Positions 1 through 11,651 are shown, counted from the first letter of the stretch. The stretch: 29,807 bases of DNA from Macrostomum lignano (GCA_002269645.1 NIVC01004970.1:1-29807); one strand, 5' to 3'. Made by a program: numbers and translations. The notes: generated from the letters alone by a model not told the origin.

Positions 1-544
1 CCGAGCTCACCGAGGCGTCAGTGTAGCAGTAGACAGGACTGATGTTGCCCAGCCTCAGGAACTCCGCTCGTCGAAGATATTCGTTGTTCGGCGTCGCGAT
101 GGGCTGGCAGATAAATCTTTTGTCGCGAATTCGCGGGTCTGTCTCGCAAGCCCGCCTTGGTGACACCTACAAAGTCATCGTCATTCGAATCACTGTTCGG
201 CAAGCCAGACTTCCAGTCGCTGTCATCCAAAGTCGGAAACAGCGAGCCGTTGGCGAATCTCCAGCCGCTGCGAGACCTGCCCGCCTCAACCAGGAGGTCC
301 GTCACTCCGATGTAGTAAAAATCAAGCTCGTGATTGACGGCTCGGATGGCAGTCAGGTCCATCAGCAGCTCTCCGCGATGCCCAGGCACAGTCTGGCTGC
401 GTCGCACCAGCTGGAAACGCTGGGGTTGTTGCCGATGAAGACGCAGCTGCCCAGCCTGTCGATGAACGGAGCGACGCAGGCGGCAGAGGCGATGGCTGCC
501 AGCCCCGCAAACAGCGTCAGCTTGAGCAGCTGCTTCGGTGGCAT
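1..544 (-). pseudogene. C-type lectin-like + PAN/Apple secreted protein, copy 1; two 1-nt frameshifts; 3' end runs off the window start
   Basis: ATG at 544 gives MPPKQLLKLTLFAGLAAIASAACVAPF, nearly identical to copies 2 and 3. One C is missing at ~376 (ctccgcgatg vs ctccgccgatg) and one A is extra at ~128-129. Repaired, it reads GELLMDLTAIRAVNHELDFYYIGVTD...KRFICQPIATPNNEYLRRAEFLRLGNISPVYCYTDASVSS. The indels may be assembly errors. Confidence 0.85.
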
Positions 545-673
545 CAGCGAGTCTCAAGTCGGTCAGCTTGGAGCAGCTTAATTTGTGAGCAATTTGAAAT
601 ATTCTTGGTTGCAAACTAGTGGTATTCTGCAAAATGTGAGGTTAAATCTACAGTCAGTCTGTACGCTCGCGCA

Positions 674-750
674 TTTATAGAGAGCTGCAGCCAATGACTC
701 GTAGCCAACCAATCGTCCAGTGCAGCAGCGCCGACTTTGGAGACTGGCTT
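674..750 (-). promoter_or_regulatory. Core promoter of lectin copy 1 (TATA box + two CCAAT boxes)
   Basis: TATAAA on the minus strand at 674-679; CCAAT at 691-695 and 709-713. The block is conserved upstream of all three paralogues while surrounding DNA diverges. Confidence 0.6.
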
Positions 751-982
751 TGAAAGGCGCCCAATAGGTTTCACAGCATTCTCGTATCTACACGTAGCTG
801 TGAAGCAAGTAAAGAAATTGAATTCTGTATTTTATTGAGTTAGAAATTTTGTAGGACGCAAGTCCTAAAAGTGGGAACTAGAAAAATGCTCAACAACAGT
901 CGAAACTGCTACCCTTCAAGCAAATCGGCATATTTCGCACTTCTCTCTGCGAGTGACGCAACTTACAGCACGCTGAAGTCAA

Positions 983-1190
983 TACGAGCACACCCTCCAT
1001 TGGCACTCTACGAGCACACCCTCCATTGGCACTCTACGAGCACACCCTCCATTGGCACTCTACGAGCACACCCTCCATTGGCACTCTACGAACACACCCT
1101 CCATTGGCACTCTACGAGCACACCCTCCATTGGCACTCTACGAGCACACCCTCCATTGGCACTCTACGAGCGTACCCTCCATTCGCACTC
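983..1190. repeat. 26-bp minisatellite, 8 copies (TACGAGCACACCCTCCATTGGCACTC)
   Basis: Direct reading; it explains ORFs 871..1233 and 1026..1220. Confidence 0.97.
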
Positions 1191-1619
1191 CATGAACTGT
1201 TGTGTTTTTCGCTTCTTTGATGAACCAAATTGAATTCGTGAAGACAAAAACTACTGCGAGTTGGAAAACTCAATATGAGAGCTCTTGGCTCTCTAGTGCG
1301 CTTGTATATTTTCACCTAACGATCGCTGGTTTAAAGCCCCATTGCCTGTATCGTGCGACTCCTCAGCATGTCCATGCGAAATATCTTGCAACAATACAAT
1401 GCATTTTAGCTATCAGTGCCAAAACACCTCCCTCCCTCCTTGAATGGGATGAGTGTGCTGACTGTCAAAAATCACTGCTTCTATGTACTCATAGTGCTGA
1501 TGCCTTGTTGAGGGGAGCCGATTGAGCCATAGACGAATCAGCACATCCGTTTCCCTGCTGCCGATACTCGGAAGTTGCAGTTGCAGTTGCCATAGAACCT
1601 TTTCGTGCACTTCCGGGTT

Positions 1620-2165
1620 GTCTTGTGAACCTGCTGCCAATGTTTCACCAGACTGACCGGATCCGCTCGATTCCACATCCGCTCCTGTGGATTCAGTTGC
1701 ACCTTGGTTGCACGAACGAAATCGCTGGACACAGACACAGCTCTCTCTCTGAGGCAGGCTCCTTGGCAGCACGACCCTGCAGAGTCCTCGCAGAAAGCGA
1801 TTTCCCTGAGTTGTCATTTCATTCGAAATCGCTTTATGGCTGCGGTTTCGGCTGTCACGAAATTGACCAATTCGGATTTGCGTTCTTTAATAATTTGATT
1901 TCTTCGCTGGACCTCGAACTTGCAAATATATCTGCTTGCTTCAAGAGCGTCCCTTCTGAAAACTGAACAACGCCAATCTCGCACGTCTCTGTTGACGTAG
2001 CCGTGTCCATCAGCCTTGACAAAGCATCCAACTTCATAGCAGCTGATTTCCTAGAGGCGATTGTGTAGTTGTATCCCGACAAGATGATCGCCCATCTCTG
2101 GGGTCTAGCTGATATGCGCTCTGGAAGTTGCTTTGACTGCCCGAAAATGAACCAAAGCCGAAACG
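1620..2165 (-). mobile_element. Degenerate Ty3/Gypsy LTR-retrotransposon pol fragment (RNase H C-terminus, connection region, start of integrase zinc-binding region)
   Basis: Minus translation FIFGQSKQLPERISARPQRWAIILSGYNYTIASRKSAAMKLDALSRL matches the Gypsy RNase H end (ARLQRWA..LS.Y.Y.I...DALSRL). After a stop/frameshift come EMTTQGNRFLRGLCRVVLPRSL (cf. GCLL.G.RVVIP.SL) and a degraded H2C2-region segment. Confidence 0.75.
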
Positions 2166-2373
2166 ACTTAAGGACTATTTAATTCCTTGATAATAAACTA
2201 TCTAGCTAATGATTTGCACAACTTGTTTCTGGTTTCATCTAAGGTTTAAGGTCTGGGGGCCGTTTCGTATCCCGAGTTAAATCAAAAGCAGAATTTCAAC
2301 TATTGGTACGACAAATTAAGGCATAACATAATCAAGTGCAAATTTGACTGATTCGAACACGTAATGCTTGTAA

Positions 2374-4660
2374 TGTCTGCACAGTGTTCAGTGAGGTGTC
2401 TGCACAGTGCTCAGTGAGGTGTCTGCACAGTGTTCAGTGAGGTGTCTGCACGGTGCTCAGTGAGGTGTCTGCACTGGGGTTCAGTGAGGTGTCTGCACTG
2501 GGGTTCAGTGAGGTGTCTGCACTGGGGTTCAGTGAGGTGTCTGCACTGGGGTTCAGTGAGGTGTCTGCACAGTGTTCAGTGAGGTGTCTGCACAGTGTTC
2601 AGTGAGGTGTCTGCACTGGGGTTCAGTGAGGTGTCTGCACAGTGCTCAGTGAGGTGTCTGCACTGGGGTTTCAGTGAGGTGCCTGCACTGAGGTTCAGTG
2701 AGGTGTCTGCACAGTGTTCAGTGAGGTGCCTGCACTGGGGTTTCAGTGAGATGCCTGCACTGGGGTTCAGTGAGGTGCCTGCACTGAGGTTCAGTGAGGT
2801 GTCTGCACAGTGTTCAGTGAGGTGTCTGCACTGGGGTTCAGTGAGGTGCCTGCACTGGGGTTTCAGTGAGATGCCTGCACTGGGGTTCAGTGAGGTGCCT
2901 GCACTGAGGTTCAGTGAGGTGTCTGCACAGTGTTCAGTGAGGTGTCTGCACTGGGGTTCAGTGAGGTGCCTGCACTGGGGTTTCAGTGAGATGCCTGCAC
3001 TGGGGTTCAGTGAGGTGTCTGCACTGGGGTTCAGTGAGGTGCCTGCACTGGGGTTTCAGTGAGATGCCTGCACTGAGGTTCAGTGAGGTGTCTGCACTGG
3101 GTTTCAGTGAGGTGCCTGCACTGGGGTTCAGTGAGGTGCCTGCACTGGGGTTCAGTTGTGTCTGCACTGGGGTTCAGTGAGGTGTCTGCACTGGGATTCA
3201 GTGAGGTGTCTGCACTGGGGTTCAGTGAGGTATCTGCATTGGGGTTCAGTGAGGTATCTGCATTGGGGTTCAGTGAGGTGCCTGCACTGGGGTTCAGTGA
3301 GGTGTCTGCATTGGGGTTCAGTGAGGTGTCTGCACTGGGGTTCAGTGAGGTGTCTGCACTGGGTTCAGTGAGGTGTCTGCACTGGGTTCAGTGAGGTGTC
3401 TGCACTGGGGTTCAGTGGTGCCTGCACTGGGTTCAGTGAGGTATCTGCATTGGGGTTCAGTGAGGTATCTGCATTGGGGTTCAGTGAGGTGCCTGCACTG
3501 AGGTTCAGTGAGGTGTCTGCACAGTGTTCAGTGAGGTGCCTGCACTGGGGTTTCAGTGAGATGCCTGCACTGGGGTTCAGTGAGGTGCCTGCACTGAGGT
3601 TCAGTGAGGTGTCTGCACAGTGTTCAGTGAGGTGTCTGCACTGGGGTTCAGTGAGGTGCCTGCACTGGGGTTTCAGTGAGATGCCTGCACTGGGGTTCAG
3701 TGAGGTGCCTGCACTGAGGTTCAGTGAGGTGTCTGCACAGTGTTCAGTGAGGTGTCTGCACTGGGGTTCAGTGAGGTGCCTGCACTGGGGTTTCAGTGAG
3801 ATGCCTGCACTGGGGTTCAGTGAGGTGTCTGCACTGGGGTTCAGTGAGGTGCCTGCACTGGGGTTTCAGTGAGATGCCTGCACTGGGGTTCAGTGAGGTG
3901 TCTGCACTGGGGTTTCAGTGAGGTGCCTGCACTGGGGTTTCAGTGAGATGCCTGCACTGAGGTTCAGTGAGGTGTCTGCACTGGGTTTCAGTGAGGTGCC
4001 TGCACTGGGGTTCAGTGAGGTGCCTGCACTGGGGTTCAGTTGTGTCTGCACTGGGGTTCAGTGAGGTGTCTGCACTGGGATTCAGTGAGGTGTCTGCACT
4101 GGGGTTCAGTGAGGTATCTGCATTGGGGTTCAGTGAGGTATCTGCATTGGGGTTCAGTGAGGTGCCTGCACTGGGGTTCAGTGAGGTGTCTGCATTGGGG
4201 TTCAGTGAGGTGTCTGCACTGGGGTTCAGTGAGGTGTCTGCACTGGGTTCAGTGAGGTGTCTGCACTGGGTTCAGTGAGGTGTCTGCACTGGGGTTCAGT
4301 GGTGCCTGCACTGGGGTTCAGTGAGGTATCTGCATTGGGGTTCAGTGAGGTATCTGCATTGGGGTTCAGTGAGGTGCCTGCACTGGGGTTCAGTGAGGTG
4401 ACTGCATTGGGGTTCAGTGGTGTCTGCATTGGGGTTCAGTGAGGTGCCTGCACTGGGGTTCAGCGAGTTGTCTGCACTGGGGTTCAGTGAGGTGTCTGCA
4501 CTGGGGTTTCAGTGAGGTGCCTGCACTGGGGTTCAGTGAGGTGTCTGCACTGGGGTTCAGTGAGGTGCCTGCACTGGGTTTCAGTGAGGTGTCTGCACTG
4601 GGGTTCAGTGAGGTGCCTGCACTGAGGTTCAGTCAAGTGTCAATCAAGGACTGTATGCAC
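2374..4660. repeat. 24-bp satellite array A (CTGCACTGGGGTTCAGTGAGGTGT), ~95 copies with 23/25-bp variants and an internal ~0.8-0.9 kb higher-order duplication
   Basis: Direct reading. Identical repeat-derived ORFs recur at an 884-bp offset (3083/3967; 3156/4040) and ORF ends recur at an 810-bp offset (3062/3872). Confidence 0.97.
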
Positions 4661-5199
4661 TTTTTCACGCTTTGTGCCCGCCACAGCAGCTTGCGTGAAT
4701 CTTTTTGAGCGTAGCGTGGCGTTGGCTCATTTTTCTGTTGATATCTTTGGGCAAAGTAGGCAGTGTTGCAGCGTTTTACTTAACAGTTTTTCGTGTTCTT
4801 CTTTGTCTAGTGAGGCGCCTTCTCTTATTTAGATTAATTAGGCCTCGCATAGGAGAGCACGAGTTGCTAAGCACTCGCTTTGCTGGGCTAAGCAACGAGA
4901 GAGGCTGAGTGGCTGGGGAGCCTCAGCTACTAAGAGTAGAAATTGTGATGCGCGACGAACTAATAGCCAACAGTTCCGGGCGGCATGGACTCCCTCAGTG
5001 CCAGAGGACTATTGAGGTCATCCGGGCCTGATCACGATGCTGCACCGAGGCACCGCCGAACTGTTGGCTGCGTGCAGAGCCTGTAGGTGTTCGAAGCCGC
5101 TGGTCTTGCAGCATACAACCGCATCTGATCATCTTATTGCCGCGTGAAAGGTCACCCGCCAGCTTTGAATCTCGCCAGCGTCAGAACCCACTGCAGAAA

Positions 5200-5385
5200 A
5201 ATTTCCCGAGTAGCGGAATCCTCCACAGCTTATACAAATTAGAAACAACATGCAAATGTTTTAATTGCCGATTAATGTAATTAGCCAAAGTTTGCCGGGA
5301 CGAGTGGCTTCGGTTCTTTAAACGAGAGATAAAGTGGTGTTGGCTGGCTGAGTGACACGAAAAACTTCAACTTTAACTTCAACTT
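5200..5385. repeat. Partial third copy of the sequence flanking the lectin 3' end
   Basis: gagtagcggaat ... gagtggcttcggttctttaaacgaga ... gtgacacgaaaaacttcaactttaacttc matches 7400-7600 and 13460-13660. Confidence 0.7.
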
Positions 5386-5457
5386 TTCTTTGAACTTCAA
5401 CTTCAACTTTCAAACTTCAACAAAGGTTATTCTTTTGTTAGAATGCTCTCTGTCTTG

Positions 5458-6172
5458 GCTGCAATGTGTCCAGTTATCGGGTTGCAATGTGTCCAGTTAT
5501 CGGGTTGCAATGTGTCCAGTTATCGGGTTGCAATGTGTCCAGTTATCGGGTTGCAATGTGTCCAGTTATCGGGTTGCAATGTTTCCAGTTATCGGGTTGC
5601 AATGTGTCCAGTTATCGGGTTGCAATGTGTCCAGTTATCGGGTTGCAATGTGTCCAGTTATCGGGTTGCAATGTGTCCAGTTATCGGGTTGCAATGTGTC
5701 CAGTTATCGGGTTGCAATGTGTCCAGTTATCGGGTTGCAATGTCCAGTCTTCGGGTTGCAATGTGTCCAGTCATCGGGTTGCAATGTGTCCAGTCATCAA
5801 GTTGCAATGTGTCCAGTCATCAAGTTGCAATGTGTCCAGTCATCAAGTTGCAATGTGTCCAGTTATCGGGTTGCAATGTGTCCAGTCATCGAGTTGCAAT
5901 GTGTCCAGTCATCGAGTTGCAATGTGTCCAGCTATCGGGTTGCAATGTGTCCAGTTATCGGGTTGCAATGTGTCCAGTCATCGGGTTGCAATGTGTCCAG
6001 TTATCGGGTTGCAATGTGTCCAGTCATCGAGTTGCAATGTGTCCAGCTATCGAGTTGCAATGTGTCCAATCATCGGGTTGCAATGTGTCCAGTCATCGGG
6101 TTGCAATGTGTCCAGTCATCGGGTTGCAATGTGTCCAGCTATCGGGTTGCAATGTGTCCAGTCATAGGGTTG
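5458..6172. repeat. 23-bp minisatellite, ~31 copies (GTTGCAATGTGTCCAGTTATCGG)
   Basis: Direct reading; the stop-free unit produces Cys-rich ORFs in all three plus frames. Confidence 0.97.
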
Positions 6173-6947
6173 AAGTGAGCCCTATTTTCTAGCTTCCTAA
6201 GTCGAATTTCTCCAAGTTTAGTGAGTCTCTTCAGTCAGACCTTCTCCAGAGATACAGAAAATTGCATGGCCATTTCAATACTTCTATCCTACCACAGACA
6301 CCAATAGTTGCGACATAATTGTAGTTACTGGCTTTACCAATAGCTACACTTCCACAGTTTTACTGGTTTTAAACATGAATTCTTTAGGTTAACTTCTGAG
6401 CACGAGTCTGTCTAAGTATTTCTTAATGCCTGACTTAGATTTCGATTTTCGTTGCTGTTGATGGGGTGGATACAAACAGGCATGGTCAGCAAAGGCAGGG
6501 TTTTTTTAGTAACTATAATCGTAGAAAACACATATTTGCTTCAATCCATTAAACTAGTATTGTTGCTACGGGGTCGGAGGGTGGACTACTTGGTGTCAGT
6601 CATGGTGGAAGTCCCAATCGCTCTCTAACTCAACCAAGGCAAGGCAATGGCTTTGAGTCTTTTTCCCTCTCTTTCGTGCGCATCGGTCCGCAGGTCCACC
6701 CTCCCCCCCTGGTTGCTACGCTCCTCGGGGTTGGCCGTAGGTCTTCCCGGCCCGGCCATGTCAACCGCATCGCCTTTGTCTTCTGTCTAGAATGGAAGAT
6801 TGGCTGCTCTGTCAGCCACCCCTTCTGTTTTGCCACGCTTCGTTGCTTTCGACTGTAGGCCTCCATTGTTTTACTTCTTTACTTCATCTTTCTTCTTGCT
6901 TTTAACTTTTAACTTTTCTTTTGCTGCATAGCCCATTTCTTATGCAT

Positions 6948-7100
6948 TTCTAGAGAGGAGAAGAAAGGGCAGATGAAGGGATAGATGAGAGACGGAAGAG
7001 GAGAGGGGAGAGGTGGGGATTGACGAGAGAGGCGAGATGAGAGATGAGAGGGGAGATAAGGGGAGAGGAGAGAAGGGAGATGAGACCCGGAGGAGGGGAG
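6948..7100. repeat. Purine-rich (GA) low-complexity tract
   Basis: gagaggagaagaaagggcagatgaagggatagatgagagacggaagaggagagggg... Confidence 0.8.
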
Positions 7101-7129
7101 AGAGGATTGCTATTGTGAAGTTTCAAAGG

Positions 7130-7200
7130 ACCCGAGGCCCGCGGATAGAGAGGCTTCGCGGGCGGCATGTGACCCGAGGGCCGGAGTTTTCCGACCACTG
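7130..7200. mobile_element. Probable solo terminus of a hAT (Charlie-type) MITE
   Basis: gcgggcggcatgtgacccgagggccggagttttccgaccactg resembles the GCGGGCCGCATG(T/C)GGCCCGCGGGCCG...CCCCTG right end of Charlie-like elements. I found no matching left end in the window. Confidence 0.45.
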
Positions 7201-7724
7201 ATCTACCTGAAACTGACAGCTAAAAGACTCAAGATGTCAGGTCGGTTCCCTAGTTCGAAATCCGATTCCTTCGAAAGAGCTGGTTTGGGTTAGGACCTTA
7301 GCTGCTCGTCACACATCTTCGCTACCTTGGGGGCTGGCCATTCCCATCAGCTACTTACTCAATCTCGCTCTGCTGTTCATTCTGGATGCGTCTTATTCTG
7401 AGTAGCGCAATATTCTAAAGAAAAACACGTGGAGACTTTTTTGCTTGCCGATGGCTTTCTGCCAATGTAATTAGAGAAACTCTTCAGTGATACGCTTAGA
7501 CGAGACAAGTGGCTTCAGTTCTTTAAACGAGAAATAAGGCGGTAGAGCTCGGTATTGCAGTGCTGGCTATGGTGACACGACAAACTTCAACTTTAACTTC
7601 TAGAGTAAGTAAAAAGAACAAAGAGCAAAGTGAGCAAAGTGCATGTGCAGTCTTAAAACTTCTAAAATTCTTAATTTTTACTGTCTGATTTTTTCGTAGG
7701 ATTCAAGAAGCCATTTACGTCGCA

Positions 7725-8429
7725 TCAGTACACCTTGACGAACTTGGTCCAGTTTGGGTCGGTCTCGATGGCGTCGCCGACGCTCGAGTCAGCGAAGTCC
7801 AGCATGCGGCAGGCGCCGCTGGCCCGGTTGAACAGGACGGCCCGGCACTCCCAGCGCTGCACGCAGAGCCACAGGCAGTAAAGCTCCGAGCTCACCGAGG
7901 CGTCAGTGTAGCAGTAGACAGGACTGATGTTGCCCAGCCTCAGGAACTCAACTGGCTCCAGGTATTCGCTGTTCGGCGTCGCGATTGGCTGGCAGACGAA
8001 TGTTTTGTCATGTTTCCCGGGTCTGTCTCGTAAACCAGCAATGCTGACCGCTACAAAGTCATCGTCATTTGAACCCCTGTTCGGCAAGCCAGACATCCAG
8101 TCGCTGTCATCCAAAGTCGGAAACAGCGAGCCGTTGGCGAATCTCCAGCCGCTGCGGGACGTGCCCGCCTCAACCAGGAGGTCCGTCACTCCGATGTAGT
8201 AAAAGTCAATCCAGTGATTGACGGCTCGGATGGCAGTCAGGTTCATCAGCAGCTCTCCGCCGATGCCCAGGCACAGTCTGGCTGCGTCGCACCAGCTGGA
8301 AACGCTGGGGTTGTTGCCGATGAAGACGCAGCTGCCCAGCCTGTCGATGAACGGAGCGACGCAGGTGGCAGAGGCGATGGCTGCCAGCCCCGCAAACAGC
8401 GTCAGCTTGAGCAGCTGCTTCGGTGGCAT
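7725..8429 (-). CDS. Secreted C-type lectin-like domain + PAN/Apple domain protein, copy 2 (234 aa, intronless)
   Basis: Signal peptide MPPKQLLKLTLFAGLAAIASA. CTLD motifs WCDAARLC, YYIGVTD, GWRF, W.SGLPN, FVCQ. PAN/Apple pattern C-x3-C (CLWLC)...CRAVLFN...CRML. The start at 8429 matches the other copies; the ORF-track ATG at 8495 lies only ~23 nt below the TATA-like box. Confidence 0.9.
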   Translation of the reverse strand: MPPKQLLKLTLFAGLAAIASATCVAPFIDRLGSCVFIGNNPSVSSWCDAARLCLGIGGELLMNLTAIRAVNHWIDFYYIGVTDLLVEAGTSRSGWRFANGSLFPTLDDSDWMSGLPNRGSNDDDFVAVSIAGLRDRPGKHDKTFVCQPIATPNSEYLEPVEFLRLGNISPVYCYTDASVSSELYCLWLCVQRWECRAVLFNRASGACRMLDFADSSVGDAIETDPNWTKFVKVY

Positions 8430-8517
8430 CAGTGAGTCGAATTTGTGCGGCTTGGCTGTCAACTGGTTGTTTTTCTGAGAAATTAGAGTCCCCATCTAGT
8501 GAGTCTGTGCGCTTGCA

Positions 8518-8596
8518 TTCATAGAGAGCTACAGCCAATGACTTTTAGCCAACCAATCGAGCCCGTTGCAGCAGTGCCGACTTGGAGACTGGCTTT
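8518..8596 (-). promoter_or_regulatory. Core promoter of lectin copy 2 (TATGAA variant TATA + two CCAAT boxes)
   Basis: TATGAA on the minus strand at 8518-8523; CCAAT at 8535-8539 and 8553-8557; aligns with 674-750. Confidence 0.55.
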
Positions 8597-9329
8597 CAAT
8601 GATGCTAAAAAACTTTTGCAGCATCCTCGACTCGACACATAGCTTTTGAACAAGAAAATAAAATAATTTTTTTGATTTAATTGAGCCCGGAATTTCGTTG
8701 AAGACTGATAAAATACGAAGTGAAGCAAGTCCAGAAAAGTGTGAACGACTAAAAACAAAACTTGCAAAGTGGGGCAGCGGTCCAGGTTCGATTCCAAGTG
8801 CACCAATGCAGTCACATTAATTTGGGGCTAAATTGGAATCTCTGCTTGGGTCTGCTCGTGCAATTAACGGCCTGGAGGACCAACTCCCAAGGCACAGTGA
8901 AGTGTACAAACCTAACGATAAATAAAGTTAGGGCCGATGTACACTCCTGTGAGTGTGTGCCTGTGCGTATGACTGCGTACGTATCCGCGCGCCTGTGTGC
9001 TGCTCAGGGGAGTCGGCGGAATGGGCAGCAATGCCTCTCGCCGGTTGTGTGACAATGTCGCTTAAAGTGCGCCAGGGTGCACACAGGTCCCCTGACTCCA
9101 ATAAAAGATTACGCAAGGGACGAGAACATGACATTATGTTTTCCAACTCTCAGTCGGACGCACTGCAGGGTCCGGTGTTGCGGTTTTCAGTTGTTGCTGA
9201 GAAAGATGAACAATAATGTTGATTACGTCACACACTTTGCAATGACTCTGGACTCATCCCGCTGGATTAGTTAGTCTAAACTCATTCGAAAGGACATGAT
9301 GGGCAAATACCCAGCAACATCGCAAAGTC

Positions 9330-10260
9330 GCCATCACAGAAGATTGCGTCTGTGGTCGCCACTATTGAGAGTGCAGGTCTATAAAGTCTCTCAATCTTGC
9401 GAGTGACGCAACTTAGCTACGCCGCGGCAGACTTCTTTTTCGAGGATATTGGCATCAAATTGGGCGCCATGCTAGCGCATTCATGAATGAAAAAATAGTT
9501 TTCATTAAGGCACTCTATAGTTTGCATTGCGTTGCAAGTTCAGCAGCTGGGATCAGGTGCACAGAAGTGCAGCGTCAATTTCGCAATAAACATTGCCTCC
9601 TCAATTGTTTCAGCTTCATTGCAAGCAGCTGCACACAAATTAATTTGTCACTTGCGCCTACTGTGAATTGGTAAGTAAAAGTATACTCAGCAACAGCCGA
9701 GCCCCTCAGATTGCCCCTCAAGAATGTGTCTTTTTCGAAGCTCTCATTCAACAGAGTTCTTCGATTGGACTTGAGTTCTCTCTCAGTATTCGAGAAACGA
9801 GAGAGATGCAAAGAAACTGAGGAGTTTTCTCTACGAAGTCGATCGTCACTCGTCGACCAGCTGCGGAGCAGATAAGAAAGCACTCGACAAGAAGTCTCTT
9901 CACTTTCTTGTCTCTTGCCACAATGCCTATAGCTTAAGTTGTTCAGAATATGGAAACTTTCTAAAAAATTAGCTGGCAAACAGCAGTGAGTTGATGCCAA
10001 TCAATCCAGTTCATGCAGTCAGTTTGTTTTTGTCTCGCTCAGTCAACTGAAAGTCTTTTCGACACTCAACATTGAAACCAACTCCTACTAGTATGACAAG
10101 AGGCAAGCCTCTCTGCTTGCTTTGTAAAAGCAATCGAAGTAGCTTTCCCAGAGTCCAGACACTGATCAATTCAGCTTTTGGGACAGAGTGGTTCAAACTT
10201 TCCATTTTCGACAAGACTGTTGGTCCGTGTGCAGTGTTGTTTGACACTTTTACCCTTTGC
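9330..10260 (-). mobile_element. Heavily decayed hAT (ZMYM1/THAP12-type) transposase remnant
   Basis: Minus-strand fragments across stops and frameshifts: KFEPLCPKS* (cf. LKPLCPTRW), TGLIGINSLLFAS..SEQL..ALWQET..DFLSSA (cf. SEQLS..LQ...DL.SA), and RLYRPALSIVATT (cf. dimerisation-domain L.IP.TT). A homologous copy lies at 14705-15165. Confidence 0.5.
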
Positions 10261-10301
10261 CTCACTCACGCCTAAACTACCTTTCCTGGATGTCAATCAT
10301 T

Positions 10302-10337
10302 TAGGGGTTGTCGCCATGGATCTCGAGGGGGGGGGGG
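10302..10337 (+). mobile_element. G-run-containing putative DNA-transposon terminus, shared with 15169-15204
   Basis: TAGGGGTTGTCGCCATGGA...GGGGGGGGGGG vs TAGGGCGTCGTCATGGA...GGGGGGGGGG; resembles G-rich ends of some metazoan hAT-like elements. Confidence 0.4.
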
Positions 10338-10404
10338 TACTTGCTATTTGAGAGAGAGCGGTACTAGCTACATGTATCTACATGTATGGGATTCTTTCTA
10401 TCCA

Positions 10405-10740
10405 GGGATGCTTGCTATCTGCAGGATGCTTGCTATCTGGGGGATGCTTGCTATCTGGGGGATGCTTGCTATCTGGGGGATGCTTGCTATCTGCAGAATG
10501 CTTGCTATCTGGGGGATGCTCGCTATCTGCAGGATGCTTGCTATCTGGGGGATGCTCGCTATCTGCAGGATGCTTGCTATCTGGGGGATGCTCGCTATCT
10601 GCAGGATGCTTGCTATCTAGGGGATGATTGCTATGTGGGGGGATGCTTGCTATTTGGGGGGGTGCTTGCTATCTGTGGATGATTGCTATGTGGGGGGATG
10701 CTTGCTACCTGGGGAGATGCTTGCTTTCCTGGGGATGTTT
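10405..10740. repeat. 18-bp minisatellite, ~18 copies (GGATGCTTGCTATCTGSR)
   Basis: Direct reading; it explains the MLAIWG/MLAICR ORFs. Confidence 0.95.
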
Positions 10741-11651
10741 TCTATTTAAGGGAAAGTCTGTTATCTTTGTAAAAACTTTTTTGTCGTCTTTGTAAATTTT
10801 AGAAAAAAAGATATTCATAGGAAGCATCTTTGTCCATGAAAATTTTACTCGAATAAGGTGATTTATAAAACTGAAGAAGGAATTGGTTCTTAAGAAAATT
10901 GTCTTTTTAATGGATTTGCATGAATAATTTTCGCTCCCTGCTTCGGGCGCCCCGAATGGGGCACTGGATTGCTAGTCTACAAAACTAAATTACTACATGT
11001 AAAATACTTTGAGAATTGGTTACTAGCCCTCATTTTGGCGCCGCTGGCATTTATTGTGGCGCAGAAAGCACTATATTTTGGCGCCCCGAAGCAAAATTAT
11101 TGATTTCCATAACGGATCACAGGGTGGAGCGAGGGGACAAAGCACTGGCATGTCCGACCATAGCTTTTACAGGTTGCCTGCGTCACGACTCGCAACTGCA
11201 TTAAGTACATATATAATATGCATTTGTAGTGACCAATTGCGACCACCAACCTACTTGGGTTCAGAAACCGTTCAATAAGGGTTTACGAGCTTTCGGCGAA
11301 CAACTGAGACGAGTCCTTGCATGGTCACATGATCATCTGGATCTGATGGTGTGAGACGAACCTCTGAAAGCATCCCAAGAGACCAAATGCGCATTGAGAA
11401 AAGCCATCAGGAGCTACCTGAAATGTTAGAAATTTGCTAAGTTAAAAGGCCAACGAAGGCATCTTAGATTCACTGCAAAACCTAATTTAAAAAATTACAT
11501 TCTATGCGCAGTTTACTACTTACGAGTAAAGATAGTCGTGTGCACGTGTAAATTTTTACTTTACCTAAAGTTGACAGCTAAAATATGTTACTTTACTACT
11601 GGGCTCGTTCTTGGCCCCACCACATGCAATTACTGTGCGCGAGTCATCACA

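Noticed and set aside
42-581. Plus-strand ORFs antisense to the lectin genes (also 7927..8199, 14309..14521) and to the cGLR gene
   Set aside because: Shadow ORFs expected from GC-rich codon usage on the opposite strand; they show no recognisable motifs.
1530-1620. hAT dimerisation-like reading (MATATATSE / RVSAAGK)
   Set aside because: It needs frame-jumping across a short (GCAACT)n repeat, and the adjoining DNA is better explained as Gypsy pol.
2378-2650. RSS heptamer CACAGTG in satellite A and Transib-like CACTATG in the 20-bp array
   Set aside because: No nonamer at 12/23 spacing, no transposase or TIR pairing; these are incidental parts of tandem monomers.
2595-6192. Long ORFs with periodic peptides (FSEVSALG, Cys-rich LQCVQLSGCNVSSYRVAMCPVIG)
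   Set aside because: They are translations of stop-free 24- and 23-bp minisatellites. They are open in several frames at once and have no start context or unique flanking coding sequence.
8762-8806. tRNA/SINE-like segment (TTGCAAAGTGG ... GGTTCGATTCC ... TGCACCA)
   Set aside because: The A- and B-box spacing is only ~13 nt, the T-stem does not pair fully and no cloverleaf can be formed.
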